Below, piece after piece: positions 1 to 8,948 of a DNA stretch of 64,000 bases. Below the pieces are notes generated by a model, which had not been told where the DNA came from, did no database searches, and was given only the letters and a program-made list of their open reading frames with translations. Source of the stretch: a virus; the IMG/VR virus record IMGVR_UViG_3300009506_000008, positions 1 to 64,000 of that record. One strand, given 5' to 3'. Every line of letters starts with the position of its first letter. The first letter of the stretch is position 1. A program made the translations under genes and the position numbers.

Positions 1-482
1 TTGAAACTTACCCGATCCCGGCTTTCAGATCTACACCTGGACTGAAGAGAAGGTATGCAGGTCAATACTGGTGGCCTTTCTCGATTCCTGTCGATGGAGC
101 TGGCGAGGTGACAGTCTCCTTCGATATGTTTGGTTCGGAGACCATGCCTCCCACCGGGCCAACCTGCGTGTTCGGATACGCGGCTGGAGCGGGAGTTTAT
201 CAACGACAGCTGGCATCGAATGTCAGTATAGCCTACGGGGAAGCTCATTCGTTCAGCATAACGATGGAGCCTACCAAAGCGGGGATCATCTTCTTGATGG
301 TAGGGACACCAGATTTCCACGTCATAGACAATCTGGAAGTCACCGGGGACTGTCTGCCTAGTTTGGTAGCAAACTTTGATTCCCTTCGATATCAGTTTGA
401 ACCGTTCCCCGAGCTATCGGACACCAGCCCAACAGGTAGTAGCAGCACGGGCCCAGGTATCGTCTACGGATTCTCGTACTAG
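1..482 (+). CDS. C-terminal part of a probable virion/tail protein (5' truncated by the window)
   Basis: Frame is open from position 3 to TAG at 482; beta-rich composition; followed by the AGGAGG RBS of the next gene. Confidence 0.6.
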   Translation, partial: ETYPIPAFRSTPGLKRRYAGQYWWPFSIPVDGAGEVTVSFDMFGSETMPPTGPTCVFGYAAGAGVYQRQLASNVSIAYGEAHSFSITMEPTKAGIIFLMVGTPDFHVIDNLEVTGDCLPSLVANFDSLRYQFEPFPELSDTSPTGSSSTGPGIVYGFSY

Positions 483-494
483 GAGGTAATCCAT

Positions 495-1652
495 ATGTCG
501 TTCAGCGCACTACTTGAACTCGTTGAAGACGGTACCAATACGGTCACAGTTCAGAACTGGGAACCGGAGGATGCCGACTTCCGCAAGTTCCTCAACTTCA
601 TCACAGGGTTCTGGAACGTCGCAGAGAGCACCCAGACGAAGCAGTTAGTGAACACACCAGAGGCTGGCGACAGTTACAGTACCATCGTAGACGTTTCAGC
701 TGCGGTGTCTGGAGAGACTGCCCTTCGATTGATATACCGCGATTCTGGAGGGCAGTGTATCGGTACGGAGTACGTCAGGGTCGATGATGCGGGCGATCTG
801 TTCCCTGTCGATGCAGAGACGCTAGCGGGAGTTGAAGCGTTGACAGAGCAGTCTGCCAACTTTACAGAGAATGAAAAGGCAGAGCTCATCGACATCCTCG
901 GGATTACCGGAACGGGAACGCCTGAGAATCCTCGGGCCGGATTCTTCGATGCCATGACAGAGGAAGATACCGACGGGAATCTCATGTTCACGTCGAAGGC
1001 GTTGGAGAAGACATACAGAATCCCAGCAGAGTTGGACGTCGTCCAGAGTATTGCTGACGATGCGCAGGTCACCGTTCTCTACCGGATCACGAAGACGTTG
1101 GCCTATGTACCAGACGAAGCTGACAACATCGTTGCCACCAACATCTACAGGACACTTGACCCGACCGACGATCCGTCCACATGGGAGCTTCATCGAACGG
1201 TTGCTTATACACAGGGCGACGAAGAGGTGGTGTTTGACACGCAGTACACGGGCTTCTTCAAGATGGCCTTCGTGGATGGCGAGGGCGAGGTCGGTCAGAT
1301 GTCCGAGACGTTCAGTGTGCATACGGCACTGGCTGATGTGGACTTGAAGTTCAAGCTGGAGAAGGATAGCAAAACCTGGATCGTAGGGGACCAGAGATAC
1401 CTAACCATCGAGGCAATCGACCGCGAGGATACTATCACGACACTTCCAGCGGCTCGGATGTCTGTAATGGCCCCGGATGGAACATACGTCGTCAACGATG
1501 TCCTTGCCCTTGTGGATGGAATGTACGTCAAGCACATGCTCGTGACGGACAGCCTTACTCCTGGTACATACAAGTGCCGTTGCAAGGTGTTGACGAACTT
1601 CGAGGTGATCCAGAGCACCTGGTTTGAATTTGCACTGAGCGCGGCAGCGTAA
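495..1652 (+). CDS. Acidic 385-aa probable virion protein with Ig-like C-terminal region
   Basis: AGGAGG RBS; late-arm context; beta-strand-rich C-terminus. Confidence 0.55.
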   Translation: MSFSALLELVEDGTNTVTVQNWEPEDADFRKFLNFITGFWNVAESTQTKQLVNTPEAGDSYSTIVDVSAAVSGETALRLIYRDSGGQCIGTEYVRVDDAGDLFPVDAETLAGVEALTEQSANFTENEKAELIDILGITGTGTPENPRAGFFDAMTEEDTDGNLMFTSKALEKTYRIPAELDVVQSIADDAQVTVLYRITKTLAYVPDEADNIVATNIYRTLDPTDDPSTWELHRTVAYTQGDEEVVFDTQYTGFFKMAFVDGEGEVGQMSETFSVHTALADVDLKFKLEKDSKTWIVGDQRYLTIEAIDREDTITTLPAARMSVMAPDGTYVVNDVLALVDGMYVKHMLVTDSLTPGTYKCRCKVLTNFEVIQSTWFEFALSAAA

Positions 1653-1663
1653 GGAGAACGACA

Positions 1664-1816
1664 ATGGCGAACCCCGCAGGAATGATCACGGCAGCGGACA
1701 TCAAGAAGTACCGTTGTGTGAACTGTGGAGAACAGTTCAACAGTCAGCGTCCGCTGAGGGAGATTCGGTGTCCCGCTTGCAAGCGACGGGAGATTGAGCC
1801 GAAAGGAACGAACTGA
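1664..1816 (+). CDS. 50-aa zinc-ribbon protein (not in the ORF track)
   Basis: AAGGAG RBS; MANPAGMITAADIKKYRCVNCGEQFNSQRPLREIRCPACKRREIEPKGTN with CxxC...CxxC; stop overlaps next ATG (TGATG). Confidence 0.75.
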   Translation: MANPAGMITAADIKKYRCVNCGEQFNSQRPLREIRCPACKRREIEPKGTN

Positions 1817-2145
1817 TGGGAACCGTTCATCAATTCAAGGGGAAGAAGAACCCCAAGAAACGCCCTATCCAAACGTGTACTCGAAAGGGGTGCGGGGAGA
1901 AGGCGAGATGGAGAGCCGCGTTGGTTCTCCATCCTTTTGTAATCTACATGGATCAGAGGGCTGTCAGGTTTGCCGTACGATCTGTGGTGTGTGACAAGTG
2001 CCGAGAAGAGATCGGCAATGACTGGACCAAACACATTGCGGTGGACTTGGAGTTCATCCGCATGAGACAAGTCGCAGGGATGCGCGGATTCTCACCCATG
2101 GACCCGAATAGAACAGAGGTGGAGTACACACTACACGGTTCATAG
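1816..2145 (+). CDS. Hypothetical Zn-binding protein
   Basis: CxxxxC and CxxC motifs; translationally coupled to the upstream ORF. Confidence 0.6.
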   Translation: MGTVHQFKGKKNPKKRPIQTCTRKGCGEKARWRAALVLHPFVIYMDQRAVRFAVRSVVCDKCREEIGNDWTKHIAVDLEFIRMRQVAGMRGFSPMDPNRTEVEYTLHGS

Positions 2146-2157
2146 GGATACCCTATT

Positions 2158-2931
2158 ATGGCCGCCGGACAGGAAGATCAAATAGGAACCAAACCTCAGG
2201 GAGGAGAGAAAATCGTGAGTGGCGACGTTCTTATTGGCGGGACGCCGTTTGTGAAGTCTGGGGATTGTGCTGACCCCGAGATCCGAGATAATCATGCCAG
2301 AGCTTTGGTCACCGCACTGGAGTTGGGATCGAAGTCCACCCAGATGCTTGCCAGGCTAGATGAAAACATGCGGCAACATCAGGATCAAGTATGTCGCAAG
2401 TTGGAAGATATACGGATAGATCTCAAGGACGTCACGCAACGGTTGATAAAAGGAGACCAGCAGCTGGCTCTAATGGCTAGAGACGTTGAGGAATCCAAGA
2501 AGGATATCAATGGACTAGGAACCAAAGTTCGCGACCATGTGGAAAATCACGCAGACTGTACTACAGTCGAAAACAACTTCAAGAAGCTGGAAAAGCATTT
2601 AGATTGGCATGAGCATCAGCGAGAGCTGGCAGAAGAGCGCAGACATCAACTATTCAGGGACATCAGAACGCCCGTGTTCCGATGGGTGTTGGTGGGATCG
2701 CTAGGACTGGCGGTGCTCGGGGCCATGATTTCGACGGGGATGATGATTATCAAAGTAGTACCTGTATTGAATATGTTGGAACATATTGCGGAGTATAGTG
2801 TTGCCCCAGTAGCCCCGGAGGTAAAAATTGGCAAAGTCCCAAAAAACACCCATCACGGCTTTCAGGGAGGCACTACACAAGACAGCGAATCAAGCCCAAG
2901 TAATGGTAGCGATAGCGGAACAACTCCCTAA
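2158..2931 (+). CDS. Coiled-coil membrane protein in lysis region
   Basis: Long coiled coil followed by one hydrophobic segment (WVLVGSLGLAVLGAMISTGMMII). Confidence 0.55.
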   Translation: MAAGQEDQIGTKPQGGEKIVSGDVLIGGTPFVKSGDCADPEIRDNHARALVTALELGSKSTQMLARLDENMRQHQDQVCRKLEDIRIDLKDVTQRLIKGDQQLALMARDVEESKKDINGLGTKVRDHVENHADCTTVENNFKKLEKHLDWHEHQRELAEERRHQLFRDIRTPVFRWVLVGSLGLAVLGAMISTGMMIIKVVPVLNMLEHIAEYSVAPVAPEVKIGKVPKNTHHGFQGGTTQDSESSPSNGSDSGTTP

Positions 2932-3181
2932 GCCTATCAGCGTTGTGTCTGGAGCTTTAGTGGATGTGCTAGTGAACACGATGAAACAACTACACTTCGT
3001 GACCTCTAACTTGGATGTTGAACTTCAGATCGAGGGTCTGTTGGACAACATCAGGGACAGTCAATATCATGAGGTACTCAATGGCATCGAAGGGAGATTA
3101 GCCAACGGAGTGGAATCAGATGACGTGTCGCTACCATTTGATCTCGACAGCATTGGACGCGATAATTCGGGAGGAGCCTGA
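2828..3181 (+). CDS. Hypothetical helical protein
   Basis: TTG start preceded by GGAGG; overlaps the upstream gene by 104 nt. Confidence 0.5.
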   Translation: MAKSQKTPITAFREALHKTANQAQVMVAIAEQLPKPISVVSGALVDVLVNTMKQLHFVTSNLDVELQIEGLLDNIRDSQYHEVLNGIEGRLANGVESDDVSLPFDLDSIGRDNSGGA

Positions 3182-3288
3182 GATAGACGAAGTGACAGTG
3201 GAGAGAGCCGGTAGAGGCTTGAAGTCGATGTTGTGCGTTTGCTTTGAAATATGTGAACGACCTTTCTTCAGATCGAGCGAGAGTGGCT

Positions 3289-3708
3289 ATGACGGAGTTT
3301 GCTCTGACGAGACTAAGGAAGAGTAACCACGGAACCTTCGGGGTGTTCGCGGGTCCGGGGTTCTGGTGTTTCTCCTTAGAGTTACCATGGAGGGACAACG
3401 AATGCAATTACTCATGTATACCACCAGGCTCATACGACGTGTCGTGTTCCTGGTCTAATGCTTTCAAGCGAAGACTTTACCTGGTGGAAGGTGTGCCTGA
3501 TCGTAGTGGGGTTCGCATTCATCCAGGTAATTGGGCTGGGGATACTCGATTGGGTTTGCGGACGCATAGCCTTGGCTGTATCTTACTTGGTACGAAGGTT
3601 GGAGAATTCAAAGGACAAAAGGCACTAATCTTGAGTGAGCCCAAGGTTAGCTTGCTTCAACGTACCCTACGAGAGCAGCCATTTCGGTTGCACATCATCG
3701 ACTTCTAA
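3289..3708 (+). CDS. DUF5675-like protein, putative lysis/cell-wall peptidase
   Basis: TFG..., LELPWRDN, SCIPPGSY, VPDRSGVRIHPGN, SLGCILLG motifs; next to a holin-like gene. Confidence 0.8.
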   Translation: MTEFALTRLRKSNHGTFGVFAGPGFWCFSLELPWRDNECNYSCIPPGSYDVSCSWSNAFKRRLYLVEGVPDRSGVRIHPGNWAGDTRLGLRTHSLGCILLGTKVGEFKGQKALILSEPKVSLLQRTLREQPFRLHIIDF

Positions 3709-3719
3709 GGAGGAAAGTT

Positions 3720-4334
3720 ATGATCGGTCTAATCACGAGTCTGCTAGGAGGGAGTATCACGGGGATCTTGGGCAACGTTCTGAACGGCGTTTTCGACTTC
3801 TTCAAGGAGAAGCGCCGGATGGAGAACGAGATCGCGCTCAAGAGAATGGACATCGAGATGCTCCAAGCCGAGACGGCAGCGGCTATCAAGCGGGAGCAAG
3901 TGGTCCAGGAGGGACAGATTCTTCAAGCGGAGATTGTAGCGGCTGGAGAGGCTCGGGTACAGGCGTTCCAGTACGACAAGCGCACCTTTAGCGAAGGGCT
4001 AATCGAGTCTTGGGAGCCGACCAATTTCTTCACCAAAGCGATGCGGGGCTTCCTCATCTTCCTTCTCGTTACCGTCGATCTCATGCGTGGGTACACACGT
4101 CCGGTGGTTACTTGGTTCTCTTGCGGAGTGACGGCATACTTCAGCTTGTACATCTTCAAACTCTGGGATTCTCGGGGAGGGTTCGAGCTACTGGAGACGA
4201 ATCAGGTTTACTCTCTCATTGAATACATCGTTTACTTCACGTTCTACATCACGAGCATGGTCCTGTCGTTCTGGTTCTGTGAACGGAACAGAGTTAAACC
4301 GCCGGAACGTCCAGCCATTAGAACCGAGGGGTAA
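3720..4334 (+). CDS. Holin-like multi-TM protein
   Basis: Amphipathic N-terminus, coiled coil, RPVVT and three hydrophobic segments ending FWF, typical of 3TM phage holins; AAGGAGG RBS. Confidence 0.65.
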   Translation: MIGLITSLLGGSITGILGNVLNGVFDFFKEKRRMENEIALKRMDIEMLQAETAAAIKREQVVQEGQILQAEIVAAGEARVQAFQYDKRTFSEGLIESWEPTNFFTKAMRGFLIFLLVTVDLMRGYTRPVVTWFSCGVTAYFSLYIFKLWDSRGGFELLETNQVYSLIEYIVYFTFYITSMVLSFWFCERNRVKPPERPAIRTEG

Positions 4335-4340
4335 TGAACA

Positions 4341-4562
4341 ATGGCCGCCGCCAAGAAGACCTCGAAACCCCGCAGGAAACCGAGGGCCAAAAAAGCACAG
4401 ATCACCGCTCCAGTGACCAAGAGCGGTTCGGAGAAGACGATCACCGTACGCAAGATTTCCAACGGGTACGTTATCAGGGAAGAGACGTACGACAAGAAGG
4501 GGACGTTCAACATCAAGGAGACGTTCACCAAGACGGCTCCAGAACTCAAGATCAACGTCTGA
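4341..4562 (+). CDS. Small basic hypothetical protein
   Basis: GAGGGG RBS; K/R-rich tail followed by ITVRKISNGY. Confidence 0.6.
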   Translation: MAAAKKTSKPRRKPRAKKAQITAPVTKSGSEKTITVRKISNGYVIREETYDKKGTFNIKETFTKTAPELKINV

Positions 4563-4778
4563 ACCTGCCCGACATTCTGCGCCCTGAAATTGCTCGTTGC
4601 TGTATGTGCGGTTGGTCCGGTGTTGAGTTCTGGCACAGTTACTGTCACACAGAATCCGTTCACTTGCGGTGCATGGAACGCTTCCTGAAGACGATGTTGC
4701 GCCGAGGGCCAGATCGTAGGAAGAATCAAAGGGCTTACAGGGGAGTTGATAGAAGGCGGGGGGAGAGAAGAGGGGACG

Positions 4779-4922
4779 ATGCCGTTGATGCGCTGCCAGA
4801 GGAATAAGAAACCGGGTTGGAAGTGGGGAAAGAACGGTAAGTGATACACCGGCAAGAGCGCCCGTGCTAAGGCGCTGAGACAAAAGAAAGCCATCCTAAG
4901 CACCGGATGGCGCGAAAAGTAG
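4779..4922 (+). CDS. 47-aa basic protein with in-frame TGA (candidate selenoprotein)
   Basis: MPLMRCQRNKKPGWKWGKNGK-[TGA 4842-4844]-YTGKSARAKALRQKKAILSTGWREK; GAGGGG RBS; hairpin just downstream of the TGA. Confidence 0.6.
4857..4876 (+). promoter_or_regulatory. Bacterial SECIS-like hairpin
   Basis: Stem AGCGCC/GGCGCT with loop CGTGCTAA (GU at loop positions 2-3); loop begins 18 nt after the TGA. Confidence 0.45.
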
Positions 4923-4959
4923 CCTGTGGGGTGGGGAGGTGGCGACCTCTCTACCTTTT

Positions 4960-5001
4960 GGCGGCTGTGGGGTCCCTCCTTTCCCCCACAGCCGCCTTTT
5001 T
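4960..5001 (+). terminator. Rho-independent terminator ending the late arm
   Basis: GGCGGCTGTGGGG...CCCCACAGCCGCC followed by TTTTT at the junction of the convergent arms. Confidence 0.85.
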
Positions 5002-5194
5002 AGTCAAACGATGTGAGGAGGCTAGACACCTCCCAAATCTTCTCCAACAGGTAAGCTACGGCTAATGAGTAGGCTTCTTTTTCATCGGAGGCTCTCACCG
5101 GGATCTGTCCGTAGTCGCTGCTGGTTTCCCAAGTCACACAATATGAACCCTTTTCTACCTCCATCACACCGATTTTGACATTACCTGGACTCAT
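5000..5194 (-). CDS. Hypothetical protein
   Basis: Last of the tightly coupled minus-strand ORFs. Confidence 0.5.
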   Translation of the reverse strand: MSPGNVKIGVMEVEKGSYCVTWETSSDYGQIPVRASDEKEAYSLAVAYLLEKIWEVSSLLTSFD

Positions 5195-5403
5195 TACAGA
5201 TCCTTTTCAATAGCAAGCCAATCAGGAATTTCGACCTCGATGATCTCTCCTTTGGCACAGTCTTCGTCGTAGTCGATTTGACTCTTCGGCAGCCAGATCA
5301 AATCGTCATCGTCGTCTTCCTCCGTTGTCCTTTTCACTGCAATGGCCTTTTCCGTGTCTCGGATGTACACCAACTCGTATGTGTCGGAATCAATCCTTGC
5401 CAT
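5194..5403 (-). CDS. Conserved small phage protein
   Basis: TEKAI, WLPKSQI and IPDWLA motifs. Confidence 0.7.
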   Translation of the reverse strand: MARIDSDTYELVYIRDTEKAIAVKRTTEEDDDDDLIWLPKSQIDYDEDCAKGEIIEVEIPDWLAIEKDL

Positions 5404-5605
5404 TTCCGTTACTCCTTTTCTGGGTTGTTCCTCCTAGCATGGGGACTGCTTCCTCATTGAGTGTTTTCCAAGCATCGATCAGTATGTGTCGGATCTCCTT
5501 GAGGGGTGCTTGCTCCCCGCTCAATTCCAGGTGCATTATGGCGTACTTGATATTCGTCATTGCCTTATGCACGTTCCTCAACTTAGTACCGTCACGAGGG
5601 CGCAA
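5390..5605 (-). CDS. Hypothetical protein
   Basis: Overlapping, coupled ORF. Confidence 0.5.
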   Translation of the reverse strand: MRPRDGTKLRNVHKAMTNIKYAIMHLELSGEQAPLKEIRHILIDAWKTLNEEAVPMLGGTTQKRSNGNGKD

Positions 5606-6203
5606 CGATACTTACTCCTTTCTTTTGAGAGACAAGGAACGTTTTGTCAGCAGCATCGGTGAGTTCCTCCGAGTGTGTAATCATAATGATCTGAAGACCC
5701 AGTTTGTCGCTCAATCCCTTCAAAAGTTCGGATGCCTTGGGTAGCAGATCGGTGCTCAAGAAACGGAAGGGCTCGTCAAGGATCAACGTGTTTCGGGTTT
5801 TCGGGGACTGAAGTCGCCAGAGAGCTATCCGCAAGGCAAACGCCGCAACGTCTACAGCCCCTCCCCCCGAGGCAGTAAGGGGATGAATACGCTCGTCATC
5901 CCGGCAAAACCAGATGTCAGCTTCTGTCTTGTTCCGTCGTTCTACGAAGTCGAGTTGGAACGTGTAGGGATCGCTGAATATGCTTTCCAGCGCGAGAGTA
6001 ACCGTTTCGCTGATGTGGAATTCCAGTTCTTTCTGGGTAAGTTGGGCGACTCGTTGGAGGATTGTTTGAGCTAGTTGCGTGTTGTCCAATCTCTTCTCGG
6101 CTTCCTTGAGGGAGACTCGCAGTTGTTTCTGGCGCTTGAGCAACTCGTCTCTGGCTCCCTTCCGTTGTTCTATCGCTTGCCGGAGCCCATACACGGTTTT
6201 CAT
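5592..6203 (-). CDS. SbcC/Rad50 C-terminal half
   Basis: Coiled coil, ASGGG signature, Walker B/D-loop ILDEPF, H-loop ITHS. Confidence 0.85.
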   Translation of the reverse strand: MKTVYGLRQAIEQRKGARDELLKRQKQLRVSLKEAEKRLDNTQLAQTILQRVAQLTQKELEFHISETVTLALESIFSDPYTFQLDFVERRNKTEADIWFCRDDERIHPLTASGGGAVDVAAFALRIALWRLQSPKTRNTLILDEPFRFLSTDLLPKASELLKGLSDKLGLQIIMITHSEELTDAADKTFLVSQKKGVSIVAPS

Positions 6204-6385
6204 TTGGTTCCCTTTCCGTTCCTAAGCCTTTCGAGGTTCTCACAAGTGTAGCAGAACGAAGCGCGGAGCCTAGCCACAGCCTTGATCCTGTTCTCCTTGC
6301 TACCCCGAATCAAGATTCTGACAGCACACCCGCACGATCGAACGATGAGATACTTACGACCTCCAGGAAGATCCGAGTGGTCCAC
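6200..6385 (-). CDS. Small Cys-containing hypothetical protein
   Basis: SCGC...CYTC; coupled to both neighbours. Confidence 0.5.
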   Translation of the reverse strand: MDHSDLPGGRKYLIVRSCGCAVRILIRGSKENRIKAVARLRASFCYTCENLERLRNGKGTK

Positions 6386-6624
6386 TACTCAGCCAGGCGT
6401 TCTTCCAGTGCTTCTAGGCCGTCTTCCAACTCCGAGCGTAGGTCTTCACCCTGCTCAGTTAATTCCTTGAGTACCTTGCGGGCCTGCTTGACTGTCGTGC
6501 AATCGAACTCTTCCTTCAATCGGGTCATGAGTTCCTGGAGGCGTCCTTCGTACTGTGCTTTCTTGGTACGGGCTGTTTCCATTTCCTCCTTCAGACTTAG
6601 CAATCTTTCGGCTACCGAGGCCAT
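6385..6624 (-). CDS. Coiled-coil protein, possible middle piece of the split SbcC
   Basis: Heptad pattern throughout; GAGAGG RBS. Confidence 0.6.
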   Translation of the reverse strand: MASVAERLLSLKEEMETARTKKAQYEGRLQELMTRLKEEFDCTTVKQARKVLKELTEQGEDLRSELEDGLEALEERLAE

Positions 6625-6635
6625 GTCGAGTCCTC

Positions 6636-7664
6636 TCATTCCACTGTAGACCAAACGATGCTTTGTACCTCTTTTGACACATCGTTCAGTTCCATGTAAG
6701 TACGCAAGTTGTGACGGAAGTCAAGTCCAATCTCTACGTCATCAGACATCCGGCTTATGAAAGCCTCTATGCGATCATCCCGTTCCTCCGCTGCCTCAAT
6801 GTGTTCTCTGGATACAACTCCTTTCTCGTGAGGGAGGACTACTCGTTCCACTGTGTTATCGTCAGCGGACCACAGGAAGACGCACGGTTCATGATTCGCT
6901 TGCCTCGCGGTGGTTCGCATTATGGAACCTGGATTCACCAGCAATCGGTATCCGGGTTTGTCAGGGAACCGTTCCTTCATGGCGAATGCCGTCTTGGGAT
7001 CTTCCTCGGGATCCACCCAAAGTTTCTGTCCGTTCCCGGTGGCGTACACAAATGTCTGGTGGTTGTCGCCCGTTACTACCAGGTCGAAGCCCTTCATCTT
7101 CCTGAGCATCGTTGCGGCAGTGTTTCCCACCGCTTCCGCGCCGGGATAGATGGGGTGTGTCGAGTACACAAGATGGTGTACTAGAGCAACGGATTTGATG
7201 TCTGGGTCTAGTTCGTACCTCCCGAGGAAGGTGAAATCCGCTCCCCAGGGGTATCCGATGATTTCGGCTCCGCTGTTCCAACACACCGGCAAAACATCCT
7301 CATTTCGAAGGACTTCGATACACCCAGCGGCTTCAAGGACTCCGAGGCCCGATTTCTCATAGAGGCTAAGGGAATGTTGTGGAAGGTCGTGTTGACCTGG
7401 AATGACGATCCATCCAGAGATTCGATGAATTGCCCAGCGCAACAGGGCTGGAGAAGGTTTCCAATGATCGAATACATCTCCTGCCACATAGACAGGGCAC
7501 TCTCCGTTGTCGGACTGCAAATCACGAATGGCCGACAGCTTCCTGTCCATCGCCACTCGAAAATCATCCGTACGACAAACCGGTGCAGTTTCTCTGAGGT
7601 GGATGTCGGCTGCCAATATCGCGGTGGCATGGTTTGAGCTCCTTGGGGGTTTCGTCCTAGCCAT
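6636..7664 (-). CDS. SbcD/Mre11 nuclease
   Basis: DIH, GDVFD, PGQHD, GDNH and NPGS metallophosphoesterase motifs; start MARTKP with GGGAG RBS. Confidence 0.85.
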   Translation of the reverse strand: MARTKPPRSSNHATAILAADIHLRETAPVCRTDDFRVAMDRKLSAIRDLQSDNGECPVYVAGDVFDHWKPSPALLRWAIHRISGWIVIPGQHDLPQHSLSLYEKSGLGVLEAAGCIEVLRNEDVLPVCWNSGAEIIGYPWGADFTFLGRYELDPDIKSVALVHHLVYSTHPIYPGAEAVGNTAATMLRKMKGFDLVVTGDNHQTFVYATGNGQKLWVDPEEDPKTAFAMKERFPDKPGYRLLVNPGSIMRTTARQANHEPCVFLWSADDNTVERVVLPHEKGVVSREHIEAAEERDDRIEAFISRMSDDVEIGLDFRHNLRTYMELNDVSKEVQSIVWSTVE

Positions 7665-7911
7665 CTCGTCGTTCTCCCTGTCTTCTATTCTGCAACGGCT
7701 CTCCGGCCAGGCAACAATCGGGATGATGCACTCGCTCGCAGTTGGGGTAGTGCATATCCCGACATTCCCCTCTTTCATCTCTAGGCCAACGCTTGCAAAT
7801 CGGACACTCAGGATCGGGCACGCCCCCGGCTCCGTCACATACCAGACACTTCTGGTCCGGGCCGCTCTCCCCCGATCCTTGACAACTTTCGCAGATTATC
7901 ATTTCGGCCAC
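7657..7911 (-). CDS. Cys-rich protein with DnaJ-type zinc finger
   Basis: CESCQGSG and CLVCDGAG (CxxCxGxG twice). Confidence 0.6.
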   Translation of the reverse strand: MAEMIICESCQGSGESGPDQKCLVCDGAGGVPDPECPICKRWPRDERGECRDMHYPNCERVHHPDCCLAGEPLQNRRQGERRDG

Positions 7912-8948
7912 TCCTGTTCACACACCGGGCAAACATCTGGCTTGATGTGCTCGAACTCTTGAGTCTTTTCCTGAAGCAGGGTTTCCTGCGTGTTCACATA
8001 GCCCGTTACTGTTTCTAGCTGAGCTATGAGAGCCTTGAGTTTCCCGGCCTTCAGTTCCACTGCTTCTATGGTCAACTGCTTGTCCATCAGCACGTCTACA
8101 TCTTTTTCAGAGGTCAACAAGCTGGATACTTCGTCCAGGTTCCGAGACACTTCGCACGTCTGTTGTATCAACTTGCGAAGCTCTGCCAAGCGAACTCCCT
8201 GTTCCTGGAGATCCTCGTGTATCTTCTCCAGCTTTTTCAACCTACCGGCATGAACCAGTACCCTCTTGAAGCTGTCGAGGTCTTGAGAGACTCCCTCTAT
8301 GAGGGTGACTTGCGCCTCTCCCCAAATTCTCTTCTTGTCAATGTCTTGCACACGGGCGTTGAGGATTTCTAGCCTTTCAAGCTCTGCCTCCTGATCCGGC
8401 AGATTTTTGTACGCCTCCAATGCCGCGTCATTCTCTTCCATCTGCGAGGTAACGTGTACGATCTCCCCCCGAGCACTACGTATCATCGAGTTCACTGCCG
8501 ACATACTGGAGTCGATCTCGTCCAAGTGCGCGATCTTGTTCAAAAGGCGAGCTACTTCAGCGGCGTTGGAGGCAAGGAGGAAGGGAGCATCGTGTTGGGA
8601 CTGGATGTTGAGTTCGCCGAGATTCAACACGTTCTCTACAACTTCGGGAACATCCGTGCCGAATCCTTCCAATACTTCATCGTTCAGTATGTACGCATTG
8701 AGATTGGACTTTCTTTCTCTCGATAGCAGAGTCGAGTCATCCAATCCCATCGTTACGGCAGTATCCCCTCCCCAATTAGATCTGAACGACTCCCCCGAGG
8801 GGCGATTGGTTGTTACCCAAATAGCCCCTCTGATTATTGCCGACTTGCCGGAATCGGACGGGCCAACAATGACGTTGACTCCCGGCGAGAACACCAGTTC
8901 GGTATCCTTGTGGGATTGAAAGTTCTGAAGGTGTAGGTAAGGGATCAT
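7899..8948 (-). CDS. SbcC/Rad50 N-terminal half, ending at the zinc hook
   Basis: LQNFQSH, Walker A GPSDSGKS, Q-loop QSQHD, coiled coil, terminal CPVC. Confidence 0.85.
   Translation of the reverse strand: MIPYLHLQNFQSHKDTELVFSPGVNVIVGPSDSGKSAIIRGAIWVTTNRPSGESFRSNWGGDTAVTMGLDDSTLLSRERKSNLNAYILNDEVLEGFGTDVPEVVENVLNLGELNIQSQHDAPFLLASNAAEVARLLNKIAHLDEIDSSMSAVNSMIRSARGEIVHVTSQMEENDAALEAYKNLPDQEAELERLEILNARVQDIDKKRIWGEAQVTLIEGVSQDLDSFKRVLVHAGRLKKLEKIHEDLQEQGVRLAELRKLIQQTCEVSRNLDEVSSLLTSEKDVDVLMDKQLTIEAVELKAGKLKALIAQLETVTGYVNTQETLLQEKTQEFEHIKPDVCPVCEQEWPK

Noticed and set aside
4560-4690. Read-through of the TGA ending 4341-4562 (V*TCPTFC) as a second Sec site
   Set aside because: No clear SECIS-like hairpin at the expected distance and the extension is not convincingly protein-like
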